Shown here: piece by piece, positions 1 to 7,744 of the stretch
Layout of the letters: each line of letters starts with the position of its first letter
Position numbering within the stretch: position 1 is the first letter of the stretch
From: an uncultured Planctomycetales bacterium
GTDB taxonomy: Bacteria > Planctomycetota > Phycisphaerae > UBA1845 > CAYGAN01
Reading direction: 5' to 3'
Length of the DNA stretch: 14,129 bases
NCBI GenBank assembly: GCA_964347585.1
Contig: CAYGAN010000034.1
Coordinates: 1 to 14,129 of the forward strand
Program-made: the position numbers and the translations under genes
Notes under the pieces: model-generated
What the model saw: the letters and a program-made list of their open reading frames with translations, nothing else
What the model was told of the DNA's origin: nothing
Databases searched by the model: none

Positions 1-133
1 AAGGCCGCAAAATGCCGGCCGACGGCGGCGTTAGCTTGGGCCTGCAGGACGCGGGCGGGGTGCAACGGTGAAACGAGCCATTCGGCATCATCCAGGAGCT
101 GAGGGCCCGGAGGTCTCGGGCGGAGATGTTCCC

Positions 134-1348
134 ATGCCGGCGCTCGACGAGGCGGGCGATGCGGGCACACGGTCACTGGCCGACGCCTTACGAATCAGCT
201 TCTGGATTCTCAAGGTCATCATGGTCTTTGTGGCGATCGTCTACCTCTGCTCCGGGTTCCGCGTGCTCGACCAACGCGACCAAGCGCTCGTGCTTCAATT
301 CGGCAAGCCGATCCACGAGCGCGGTCCGGGCGGCGTCTGCTTGGCGCTGCCTACTCCCTTCAACGAGCTCGTGAAAGAGCCAGTTGAGGAGGACCGGTCA
401 TTGGTAATCGCCAGCCAGTGGTTCAACGTCAGCCAAGCCGATCAAGGCAAGCCGCTCGATGAGCTTTCGGGCAAAAGGCACCTCGAACCCGGCGTGGACG
501 GTGCGCTCATGACAGGCGACGAGGGCCTCGTGCACGTCAAATGGACGGTGATTTACCGGATCGGTGATCTGCGGAACTACCTCACGAACGTCGGCCCCGA
601 GAAAGAGAGGCCAGAGAACGAAAGGGCAGTGGTGACGGCTGCAATCGAGAACGCCGCGATCCACGTCGCAGCTCAACACACCGCCGAGGAAATAACGCAA
701 AAGGAGATTGAGACCGTCCGCAACCAAGTCAAGACTTTGGCGCAGGAGAAATTGGATCAATTGGCCACAGGCATTCACATCCAACGCATCGACATCGAGG
801 CCACGCCGCCGTTGCAGGTCCGCACGGCGTTCAAGCGGGTCACGGAGGCCGAGAGCGAGAAGGAGTCCTCGCTGCGGGAGGCACGCCGAAAGCAGACGGA
901 GATCCTTCTGGCCGTCGCGGGTTCCGGGCACAAGTCTCTGCTCAATCTGATGGCACGTAGGGATTCGGCTCAATCGCAGGGAAGTGAACAGGCCGTTGTC
1001 AAGCTGGACGAGCAGATCGAGCGCGCGCTGCTTGATCGGACAGAGACCACCGGCCAAGTCAGGGAAATCATCCAAGCCGCTCGCGCGAACGCCCAGCGGA
1101 TCGTGACCGAGGTCAAAGCGGACAAAGACGAATACGAGAAACTGCTGCCTCAGTATCGGGAGAACCGCGAGATTCTTCTCTCTCGCCTGTGGGCACAAAC
1201 GAAGCTGGAGATTTTCCACTCTGAAGGGGTGCGCAAGCTTTACGTGCCGGACGGCCAGAAGGAGATTCGTATCAAGCTGAGCCGCGACCCGAGGGAGCTA
1301 GCCAAGGAAGAAGAACGCAGATACGAGCAGCAGGCCGGCCAGGAATAG
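134..1348 (+). CDS. SPFH/band-7 family membrane protein, HflK/HflC-like (single N-terminal TM, SPFH core, C-terminal coiled coil)
   Basis: The translation has a hydrophobic N-terminal anchor (ISFWILKVIMVFVAIVYLC). The SPFH core motifs are present (VLDQRDQALVLQFGKP, GPG, LMTGDEGLVHVKWTVIYRIGDLRNYL). The C-terminus (YEKLLPQYRENREILLSRLWAQTKLEIF...KLYVP) resembles the HflK/HflC C-terminal motif. I prefer the ATG at 134: a GGAG Shine-Dalgarno (SD) sequence lies 8 nt upstream, and third-position GC is low between 68 and 133. The longest ORF starts at GTG 68. Confidence 0.8.
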   Translation: MPALDEAGDAGTRSLADALRISFWILKVIMVFVAIVYLCSGFRVLDQRDQALVLQFGKPIHERGPGGVCLALPTPFNELVKEPVEEDRSLVIASQWFNVSQADQGKPLDELSGKRHLEPGVDGALMTGDEGLVHVKWTVIYRIGDLRNYLTNVGPEKERPENERAVVTAAIENAAIHVAAQHTAEEITQKEIETVRNQVKTLAQEKLDQLATGIHIQRIDIEATPPLQVRTAFKRVTEAESEKESSLREARRKQTEILLAVAGSGHKSLLNLMARRDSAQSQGSEQAVVKLDEQIERALLDRTETTGQVREIIQAARANAQRIVTEVKADKDEYEKLLPQYRENREILLSRLWAQTKLEIFHSEGVRKLYVPDGQKEIRIKLSRDPRELAKEEERRYEQQAGQE

Positions 1349-1375
1349 GCCTCGTCGGCTAGCCGAGAAGGTGCC

Positions 1376-2632
1376 ATGGCGCGTGACGGACGGCCGGTCA
1401 TCGAGACGGTCGGGCTGACAAAAGTATTCAAAGACTTCTGGCACCGCGACAAGGTCGTCGCGGTGCACAACCTCGATTTGGAGATCCGGCGCGGTGAGGT
1501 GTTCGGGCTGCTCGGGCCGAACGGATCCGGCAAGAGCACCACGATCAAGATCATCCTGGGGTTGCTTTATCCTACTCGCGGCCGCGTCAGCGTGTTCAGC
1601 CGTCCGCCAACTGATGTTGCGATCAAGGAGCGCATCGGCTATCTGCCCGAAGAGTCTTACCTTTACCCGTTCCTGAACGCTCGCGAGACGTTGGACTACT
1701 ATGGCCGGCTCTTCCAGCAGCCCCGGCATGAACGTACGCGACGGACTGAGAAGCTGCTGGAGATGGCCGGGCTGGTCCACCAGGCGCGCCGTCGGGTGGG
1801 CGAGTATTCCAAGGGCATGGCCCGGCGGATCGGGCTGGCCCAGGCGCTGATCAACGACCCCGACCTGCTGATCCTGGACGAGCCGACAACCGGTCTTGAT
1901 CCGATTGGCACGCGACAGATCAAGGACCTTATCCGTGATCTGGCCCGGCGGGGCAAAACGATCCTGCTTAGCAGTCACCTGCTGGCCGACGTCGAGGATG
2001 TCTGTGATCGCGTTGCGGTCCTCTACGGCGGCGAACGTCGGGCGCTGGGCGAGGTCAAAGAGCTGCTGGGACGAGGCGAGCTGACCCAGATCATCACGGA
2101 GCGCATTTCTGCGCAAACCATCGAGCGCATTCGCGAACTGATCGACCGCCTGGAGCGCAAAGCCGTCGTTGGGGTGAGCACGCCGACGGAGAAGCTTGAG
2201 GAGCTGTTCCTGCGAATCGTGCAGGAAGCCCAGGCCGCGGAGGTGCAAACGTCCGGCGTCCGCGCCGGCGGCGCCCTGCCGGAGTTCCTGACCGAGCGCG
2301 CCACAGAGGGCACCGGCGTCATCGAAAGTCTTGTGGCCGCGGCTGAGGAACCCGAGCCATCCGAGCCTATCGTCTCGGCGCCAGCTTCGACGGAAGCGGA
2401 AGCGGCTGCGAGCGGGGTGATCGATGAACTCGTTGAGGCCGGGGCAGCTCCGGCGGACGAGGAACAGTCAGCCGCGGCAGAAGGCACAGCCGCCGAACCA
2501 CAGCGCAAATCGGGCGAGGCGGCACGTCAGGTAAAAGAGTCTGACGTTGAGGGGCGGCGCGACGTGCCCCAGGCGGACCGCGCCGTAATCGATTCACTCA
2601 CCAACACGGACACTTCCGAGGAGTCCGAGTAG
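1376..2632 (+). CDS. ABC transporter ATP-binding protein, ABC-2/NatA-GldA-like subfamily, with ~130 aa acidic low-complexity C-terminal extension
   Basis: Walker A is GPNGSGKST and Walker B is LLILDEPTTGLD. The signature motif is the YSKGM variant typical of ABC-2-type ATPases, and an H-loop (SSHLL) is present. The start has a GAAGGTG SD sequence 4 nt upstream and lies 27 nt after the upstream stop. The C-terminal residues ~285-418 are Ala/Glu/Pro-rich low complexity. Confidence 0.9.
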   Translation: MARDGRPVIETVGLTKVFKDFWHRDKVVAVHNLDLEIRRGEVFGLLGPNGSGKSTTIKIILGLLYPTRGRVSVFSRPPTDVAIKERIGYLPEESYLYPFLNARETLDYYGRLFQQPRHERTRRTEKLLEMAGLVHQARRRVGEYSKGMARRIGLAQALINDPDLLILDEPTTGLDPIGTRQIKDLIRDLARRGKTILLSSHLLADVEDVCDRVAVLYGGERRALGEVKELLGRGELTQIITERISAQTIERIRELIDRLERKAVVGVSTPTEKLEELFLRIVQEAQAAEVQTSGVRAGGALPEFLTERATEGTGVIESLVAAAEEPEPSEPIVSAPASTEAEAAASGVIDELVEAGAAPADEEQSAAAEGTAAEPQRKSGEAARQVKESDVEGRRDVPQADRAVIDSLTNTDTSEESE

Positions 2633-4077
2633 TGCGCAGAGCCTGGGCGGTCGCAAGACACATGATCGCCGAGGGCATTCGGATGAAGATCGCAGTGGTC
2701 TTCATCGCAGCGTTGGCAATCCTGATGGCAGCGCTGCCGTTCGCGTCCTCCGGTGACGGGACTCTGTCCGGGCGGGTGCAGGCGTTCCTGGCCTACGCGC
2801 TTGGGGCAATCGCGTTCCTACTGAGCATGCTGACGATCTTCCTGTCGTGCGGGTCGTTGGCGAACGAAATCAGCCGCAGGCAGATCCAGCTGATCGCCAG
2901 CAAGCCGCTGCCGCGCTGGCAGTTCATTTTCGGCAAATGGATCGGGATCATGTTGCTCGATGCGGGGCTGCTCATCGGATGCGGCGCTGCGATTTACGCA
3001 TCCGTTTGGTACCTGAAGCGCACCGAGCCGATCAACAACGACGATGCGTACCGCCTGACGCACGAAGTGCTGACGGCGCGGTTCGCAGTATCGCCTCAAA
3101 TGCCGGAGTTCGGCCCGCTGGTGGAGCGCGGCATGGCGGCCGGGCCGCCCACCAACGCCATGTTCGGCCCGCTGGTGGAGCGCGAGTACCAGCGGCGCCG
3201 TGAGAAAGCCGCCGCCTGGGAAGACGTTGACCCGGCGCGGACCAAGCAGCGGATACGCAAGGAGCTCGAGGCCGGGTGGCGGTCTGTTCCGCCGACAATG
3301 CCCCGGACGTGGACGTTCGAAGACCTGCGCGTCGAACGTGAGCCCGGCAGGTTCCTGCACATCCGCTACAAGGCCCAGGTCTCCCGCTTCCCCCCGCATG
3401 ATATCTTGCGATGCCGGTGGGTAGCCGGCGATGCGGCCAAAGGCGCCGTGCAAGTGCTCATCGATCGAGCCGATGTCGTTGACCAGTTCCACGTGATCCC
3501 TATCCGGACGGAAAGCGTAGCCCCTGATGGAACGTTGAAGGTCACCTTCTGGAATGTCAACCCCGAGGTGCCGGAGCGGACTTTCCCTACGACGGTGAGC
3601 TTCGAGGGCGAGGACGGGCTGCAAGTCCTTTACCGGGTCGGAACCTTCGGGGGGAACCTGACTCGCACGCTGGCGATTCTGTATTGCCGCTTGGCCTTCC
3701 TTGCGGCGCTGGGGCTGCTGGCTTCATCGTTCCTATCGTTCCCGGTGGCCTGCTTGGTCTGCTTGCTTGTGTACTTCAGCGCAATGGGCGCCGGCTTCTT
3801 CGCCGAGGCGATCCGATACGCCACCGCGACACCAGTGGAGGGAGACCCATTGGGTGCTGTCGGGGTAGCGCTCAGACCTCTGGCGCAGGCTTTCTTGTGG
3901 CTCATACCGGACTTCGGTCAGTTCAATCCTGCGCCCCAACTGGTTGACGGCCGGAACGTGACGTTGATGTGGGTGCTCATGGCTATCGGCAAACTCGTAT
4001 TGGTCAAGACGGTGATCGTCGGACTGATCGCATGCGTGATCTTCCACTACCGAGAGTTGGCGCGGGTAGTGGTGTAG
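2632..4077 (+). CDS. ABC-2 type transporter permease with large (~200 aa) predicted extracytoplasmic insertion between N-terminal and C-terminal TM bundles
   Basis: The GTG start overlaps the ATPase stop codon by 1 nt, which suggests translational coupling. The N-terminus has an ABC-2-like pattern (AVARHMIAEGIRMKIAVVFIAALAIL). There are three or four predicted TM segments in residues 18-127, a soluble domain in residues ~128-337, and about four C-terminal TM segments. Internal ATG starts at 2662 and 2683 (GAGGG SD) are possible alternatives. Confidence 0.7.
   Translation: MRRAWAVARHMIAEGIRMKIAVVFIAALAILMAALPFASSGDGTLSGRVQAFLAYALGAIAFLLSMLTIFLSCGSLANEISRRQIQLIASKPLPRWQFIFGKWIGIMLLDAGLLIGCGAAIYASVWYLKRTEPINNDDAYRLTHEVLTARFAVSPQMPEFGPLVERGMAAGPPTNAMFGPLVEREYQRRREKAAAWEDVDPARTKQRIRKELEAGWRSVPPTMPRTWTFEDLRVEREPGRFLHIRYKAQVSRFPPHDILRCRWVAGDAAKGAVQVLIDRADVVDQFHVIPIRTESVAPDGTLKVTFWNVNPEVPERTFPTTVSFEGEDGLQVLYRVGTFGGNLTRTLAILYCRLAFLAALGLLASSFLSFPVACLVCLLVYFSAMGAGFFAEAIRYATATPVEGDPLGAVGVALRPLAQAFLWLIPDFGQFNPAPQLVDGRNVTLMWVLMAIGKLVLVKTVIVGLIACVIFHYRELARVVV
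3108..3184 (+). repeat. 23-nt perfect direct repeat (GTTCGGCCCGCTGGTGGAGCGCG) occurring twice 54 nt apart inside the permease CDS, encoding FGPLVER twice
   Basis: There are exact copies at 3108-3130 and 3162-3184. They are in frame, so recombination between them would delete exactly 18 codons. Confidence 0.9.
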
Positions 4078-4101
4078 GAGCACCTACGGAGCCAAACAAA
4101 G

Positions 4102-4125
4102 CCCGCTCTGAGCGGGGTATTGCGT
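4102..4125 (+). terminator. weak hairpin (CCCGC-tctga-GCGGG) followed by GTATTGCGTT downstream of the permease gene; marginal intrinsic terminator/attenuator
   Basis: A 5-bp GC stem with a 5-nt loop is followed by a U-poor tail. It could only partially terminate before the fourth gene of the cluster. Confidence 0.15.
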
Positions 4126-4263
4126 TCAGCCAATGAAGGCAGGAAACACGGATATGTCGCCGCGAGCTCACGGCACCGGCACGGGCAGCAGCCTGATCGA
4201 GCGATGAACGTGCATAACGAAGCAGCGGCCATCCCGGACTACATCCTTGCCCGTCGTGAGGCA

Positions 4264-6168
4264 ATGCGGACCAGCACGTGGATTCAGATCGCCTGCGTGC
4301 TCGCAGCGATTGTATGCCTCGTGTTAGCGGGGCTGCTGCAACGCCCCATCAACGCTGAACGAACGATGTTCCTCAAGTTCGGATCGGAGCTGTTGACACA
4401 ACGGCCTCCGAGGATCGTCCTGACAACGATGGCACTCGGTTCGTTCCGCGGGTTGGCGATCAACTACCTCTGGATCAGGGCGTCCAAGCTGAAGGAGGAG
4501 GGCAAGCACTACGAGTCGCTTCAGTTGGCCAGATGGATCTGCGACCTTCAGCCCCGCTTCCCGAGCGTATGGGCGTTCCAGGGCTGGGAGATGGCGTACA
4601 ACATCTCGGTCATGACCCATACGCCCGAGGAGCGTTGGCAGTGGGTCTATAACGGCGTGAAACTGCTGCGCGACAAAGGAATCCCGCTCAATCCCCAAGT
4701 CATCGCGCTGTACAAAGAGCTTGCATGGATCATCAATCATAAGATCGGCGACTGGATGGACGACGAACACTGGTCCTACAAGTGCGAATGGGCGGCGATG
4801 TTTGAGAGGCTCCTCGGTGCCCCGCCGGCAAACGCAACTGCTTCTGAGATCACCGATGCCTTCCGCCCGATCACCGAGGCCCCGCAGAACCTGGCAGAGC
4901 TGCTGGAGACCACTCCGTCGGCAGGCGAGTACGTTGAAAGGCTCCAAGCGGTCGGAATCCGTCCCGATCGGTCGCTGCTGGATGCGATTCGTCAGGAGCA
5001 GCTGCGGACGCTGAAGGCGTTGGAGGTCTCGGCGGGCGAAGGCGACGCGGAGTCATCCGAAGACCAAGAAAACCGCCGAGCTCTGCTGTTTGGGCCGGGC
5101 TATAAGACGCCTCGAGACAGGCTCGTAGCCTTCGTCCGGGCGAGCATCCTGCGCAAAGAGCACAAGATGGATCCGGCATGGATGCTGTACCTGATGGAAC
5201 AGTACGGGCCGATGGACTGGCGAGTTTGTTACGCGCATTCGCTCTACTGGGCGAGCATCGGGATCCACCGAACCGCAGGATTGAAGGAACCGGACGAGAT
5301 CACGGTGCTCAATACGGATCGGCTCGTCATCTACTCGCTATGGAACCTCTGGTCCCGCGGGCAACTCGTGTTCCTGCTCAACGAGGAGAAGCCCAACCGA
5401 TCGTACATCGATCTCATGTCGGACCCGCGCTTCGCCGAGCCGTTGCACCAGTACTTCCTGGAGATGGGCAAGAAGCACGATCCGGATGCGAAAGGAACGG
5501 CAGGAGAGATGTTGCGCTCGGGACACGTCAACTTTCTGCACGACGTGGTGCGCATGCTCTACGTCCGCGGCCAGACTCAGGAAGCCGCCAAGTACTACGA
5601 GTACCTCAGGACCCACTACAAGGAGCGCGACGGCAGCGTCAAGAGGATGTACCTTCAGCCGCTGGCGAGGTTTGTCGTGAGCGACGTTGCCGATCGGCTC
5701 ACGTCGCACAAGACGGCAACGGAGCTGATGTACTCGTTGTTCGACCGGGCATACTATGCGCTGGCTCGCAATGAGCTGACTGAACACCGCGGCGCGCTCG
5801 CCTGGGCCAGACAGGTCTATGACATGTACATGAAGGACAAGGACACGATGCGGGGCGAGCGGCAGCGCCTGCCCCCATTCGAACATGTCAAGGCGGACGC
5901 ACTGGACCGATTCCTCCGGTTCGCCGCGGTGCCCCTGCTGTACAAGGCGCGGGTCTGGTCGCAGGTAGAAGTGTTCTCACGGCAAAGAGTCTATGACCGG
6001 GTGATCGGTGAGCTGCGGCGTGTGTGCGAAGCGCGTAATCCGCCGCTGGATCCGGCCAAGGCGTTCCCGGAGCCTCCTGGAATGGAACAGTACCGCAAGG
6101 CCCACCCCATCGAGGAGCGGGATACCTACAAGGTTCCGCCACCGGCGCCGGAAAGGGCTGCCCGCTAG
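4264..6168 (+). CDS. hypothetical N-terminally membrane-anchored protein (~635 aa), no recognisable domain; Trp-rich conserved-looking motifs
   Basis: It is a long ORF with high third-position GC and a single N-terminal TM segment (WIQIACVLAAIVCLVLAGLL). Motifs such as WAFQGWEMAYNISV and ERWQWVYNG look conserved but match nothing I recognise. The ORF extends upstream to ATG 4120 and ATG 4204. That extension is Arg/His-rich with lower third-position GC, so I place the start at 4264, but the start is uncertain. Confidence 0.65.
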   Translation: MRTSTWIQIACVLAAIVCLVLAGLLQRPINAERTMFLKFGSELLTQRPPRIVLTTMALGSFRGLAINYLWIRASKLKEEGKHYESLQLARWICDLQPRFPSVWAFQGWEMAYNISVMTHTPEERWQWVYNGVKLLRDKGIPLNPQVIALYKELAWIINHKIGDWMDDEHWSYKCEWAAMFERLLGAPPANATASEITDAFRPITEAPQNLAELLETTPSAGEYVERLQAVGIRPDRSLLDAIRQEQLRTLKALEVSAGEGDAESSEDQENRRALLFGPGYKTPRDRLVAFVRASILRKEHKMDPAWMLYLMEQYGPMDWRVCYAHSLYWASIGIHRTAGLKEPDEITVLNTDRLVIYSLWNLWSRGQLVFLLNEEKPNRSYIDLMSDPRFAEPLHQYFLEMGKKHDPDAKGTAGEMLRSGHVNFLHDVVRMLYVRGQTQEAAKYYEYLRTHYKERDGSVKRMYLQPLARFVVSDVADRLTSHKTATELMYSLFDRAYYALARNELTEHRGALAWARQVYDMYMKDKDTMRGERQRLPPFEHVKADALDRFLRFAAVPLLYKARVWSQVEVFSRQRVYDRVIGELRRVCEARNPPLDPAKAFPEPPGMEQYRKAHPIEERDTYKVPPPAPERAAR

Positions 6169-6181
6169 CCTCGCTCGCTAG
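6162..6181 (+). other. inverted repeat CGCTAGC-N7-GCTAGCG overlapping the stop codon of the 4264-6168 gene
   Basis: The arms are 7 bp and the stop codon TAG lies within the first GCTAGC. No U-tract follows. It may be an mRNA 3' stabilising hairpin or a protein-binding palindrome. Confidence 0.2.
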
Positions 6182-6252
6182 CGCGTGAACCGCCCGGCAA
6201 AGCCCCCTGCCAACCGCGGGTTTTCTGCTCCACGCGTCCGAGCATGAGCAGC

Positions 6253-6258
6253 TATAAT
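6253..6258 (+). promoter_or_regulatory. perfect TATAAT -10 hexamer, candidate xylA promoter (weak or no -35)
   Basis: TATAAT sits 61 nt upstream of the xylA ATG in the 150 bp intergenic region. No convincing TTGACA-like -35 lies at 17±1 nt. Confidence 0.25.
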
Positions 6259-6318
6259 CAGCGGCACGTCGAAGACTGGTAACAGGCCAAGATCAGTACT
6301 TGTGGAGGGTGCGATCTG

Positions 6319-7494
6319 ATGAAGGACTATGCGCCACGGCCAGAAGACAAGTTCGCGTTCGGTGTCTGGTGCGTAATGAACGTGGGCCGCGACCCGTTTG
6401 GCGATGCGACGCGCAAGAGTATGTCAGCGATGCAGGCCATTCGTGGGCTCGGCGAACGAGGCGTGTGGGGATTCGAGTTCCACGACAACGACATCTTTCC
6501 GCTCGGCACCTCGCCTACGCAAATGCGCAAGATACGCCGAGATGTACAACGGGTCATGGATGGAACCGGTATCCGCTGTGCGAGCGGGACGACAAACCTG
6601 TTCTTTCATCCGGTGTTCAAGGACGGTGCGTTCACCAGCCACGACCCGAAGGTTCGCGCGTACGCGGTGCAGAAGGTCATGAACGCGATCGACATTGCCG
6701 TGGAGCTGGGCGCGCAGAACTTCATATTCTGGGGCGGCCGCGAGGGAGCCGAGGTTGACCTCGCGAAGGATCCCGTAGAGGCGACGGACCGATTCCGCGA
6801 AGCGATCAACTTCCTGTGCGCGTACGTGCGCAGGAACAAGTACCGTCTCACCTTCACGATCGAGCCCAAACCGAACGAGCCAAGAGGGGATATCTATCTG
6901 CCGTGTGTGGGCAATGTGTTGGCGTTCGTCGAGACGCTCGATCCGCCGAACCGCAAGATGGTCGGCACGAACCCTGAGGTGGCGCACATCAAGATGGCCG
7001 GCCTGAACCCGTACCACGAGTTTGCCCAGGCACTGGAGGCCGGCAAGCTCTTCGAGCTACACCTGAACGATCAGAAGCCGCTGCGCTACGATCAGGACTT
7101 GGCCTTCGGGTCGGCCTGTCTGAAGGAGTGCTTCTTTATTGTCAAGCTCCTGGTGGATCATCGCTTCAAGGGGATCAAAGCGTTCGACGCGCATCCGTAT
7201 CGCAGTGAAGACCAGGCTGGGGTTTGGGACTTCGTCGAGCGGAACATGAGGACGTACAAGATTCTGGAGGAGAAAGTCTATCAACTGAACGCGGACCGGG
7301 AGGCTCGCAATCTGCTGGCTGAGGTGCGAGCCGGCGATGCGAACTACGCGGGGCTGTTTGCGAGGTGCAGCCCTGCGGCCGCCCGCAAGATCAGGGGCCT
7401 GCGATTCGACCCGAACAGCCTGGCCAGGAGCAGGCGACTGGCGTATGAGCGTCTGGATCAGCTGCTGACGGACATACTGTTGGGGGTTCGATAA
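6319..7494 (+). CDS. xylA: xylose isomerase, class I (short, Actinobacteria/Thermus-type)
   Basis: The full length aligns with class I xylose isomerase motifs: FAFGVWCV..GRDPFGD, FHDND (catalytic His), NLFFHPVFKDGAFTS, FWGGREG, EPKPNEPRG, NPEVAH, HLNDQ, YDQDL and FDAHP. All metal-site Glu/His/Asp positions are conserved. A GGAGGG SD sequence lies 9 nt upstream of the ATG. Confidence 0.95.
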   Translation: MKDYAPRPEDKFAFGVWCVMNVGRDPFGDATRKSMSAMQAIRGLGERGVWGFEFHDNDIFPLGTSPTQMRKIRRDVQRVMDGTGIRCASGTTNLFFHPVFKDGAFTSHDPKVRAYAVQKVMNAIDIAVELGAQNFIFWGGREGAEVDLAKDPVEATDRFREAINFLCAYVRRNKYRLTFTIEPKPNEPRGDIYLPCVGNVLAFVETLDPPNRKMVGTNPEVAHIKMAGLNPYHEFAQALEAGKLFELHLNDQKPLRYDQDLAFGSACLKECFFIVKLLVDHRFKGIKAFDAHPYRSEDQAGVWDFVERNMRTYKILEEKVYQLNADREARNLLAEVRAGDANYAGLFARCSPAAARKIRGLRFDPNSLARSRRLAYERLDQLLTDILLGVR

Positions 7495-7744
7495 GGTTCG
7501 CACGGCAGCAACCGGAGCGGGAAAGCCGTGGCGGATTCGAGAGGCGGGGCGCAGCCAGGGTCGGCGCCCAAAGGGGCGGCTCGCCGGATACGGCCGCCGG
7601 CGGGCAGATCACCTCGAGACGCGAGGGCAGGTCCTAGAAGCGGCGGGCGTGTGCAAGACCACGGGCTGAAATCCAAACGGGGCCGGAGCGCAGACTTCGG
7701 CGGCCTGGCACTCGTGCCGATACATTAGACGACGAGCGACGATA

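Noticed and set aside
398-1219. 273 aa antisense ORF opposite the SPFH gene. The same pattern appears at 1298-2248 (316 aa), 2818-3624 (268 aa), 4324-4947 (207 aa), 5338-5886 (182 aa), 6424-7017 (197 aa), 7919-8506 (195 aa) and 10279-10890 (203 aa).
   Set aside because: Each lies antisense to a + strand gene with clear homology-type motifs. The translations are Arg/Leu/Pro-rich with no motifs, which is typical of stop-codon depletion on the opposite strand of high-GC coding DNA.
4120-4263. Upstream in-frame extension of the large hypothetical gene (MRSANEGRKHGYVAASSRHRHGQQPDRAMNVHNEAAAIPDYILARREA)
   Set aside because: Third-position GC is markedly lower than in the downstream CDS, composition is basic and low complexity, and no SD sequence is present. 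It is treated as probably untranslated, but it is not excluded, so alternative starts are noted in the feature.
7706-7720. TGGCAC element resembling a sigma-54 -24 box
   Set aside because: The expected -12 GC dinucleotide (TTGC) at the correct 10-nt spacing is absent (GA instead). The sequence is better described as a palindrome TGGCAC-TC-GTGCCA-like site.
7528-7728. 66 aa ORF in the GC-rich spacer (MADSRGGAQPGSAPKGAARRIRPP...)
   Set aside because: It has Arg/Gly/Pro low complexity, no start context and no SD sequence. It is most likely a GC-driven spurious ORF in a regulatory region.
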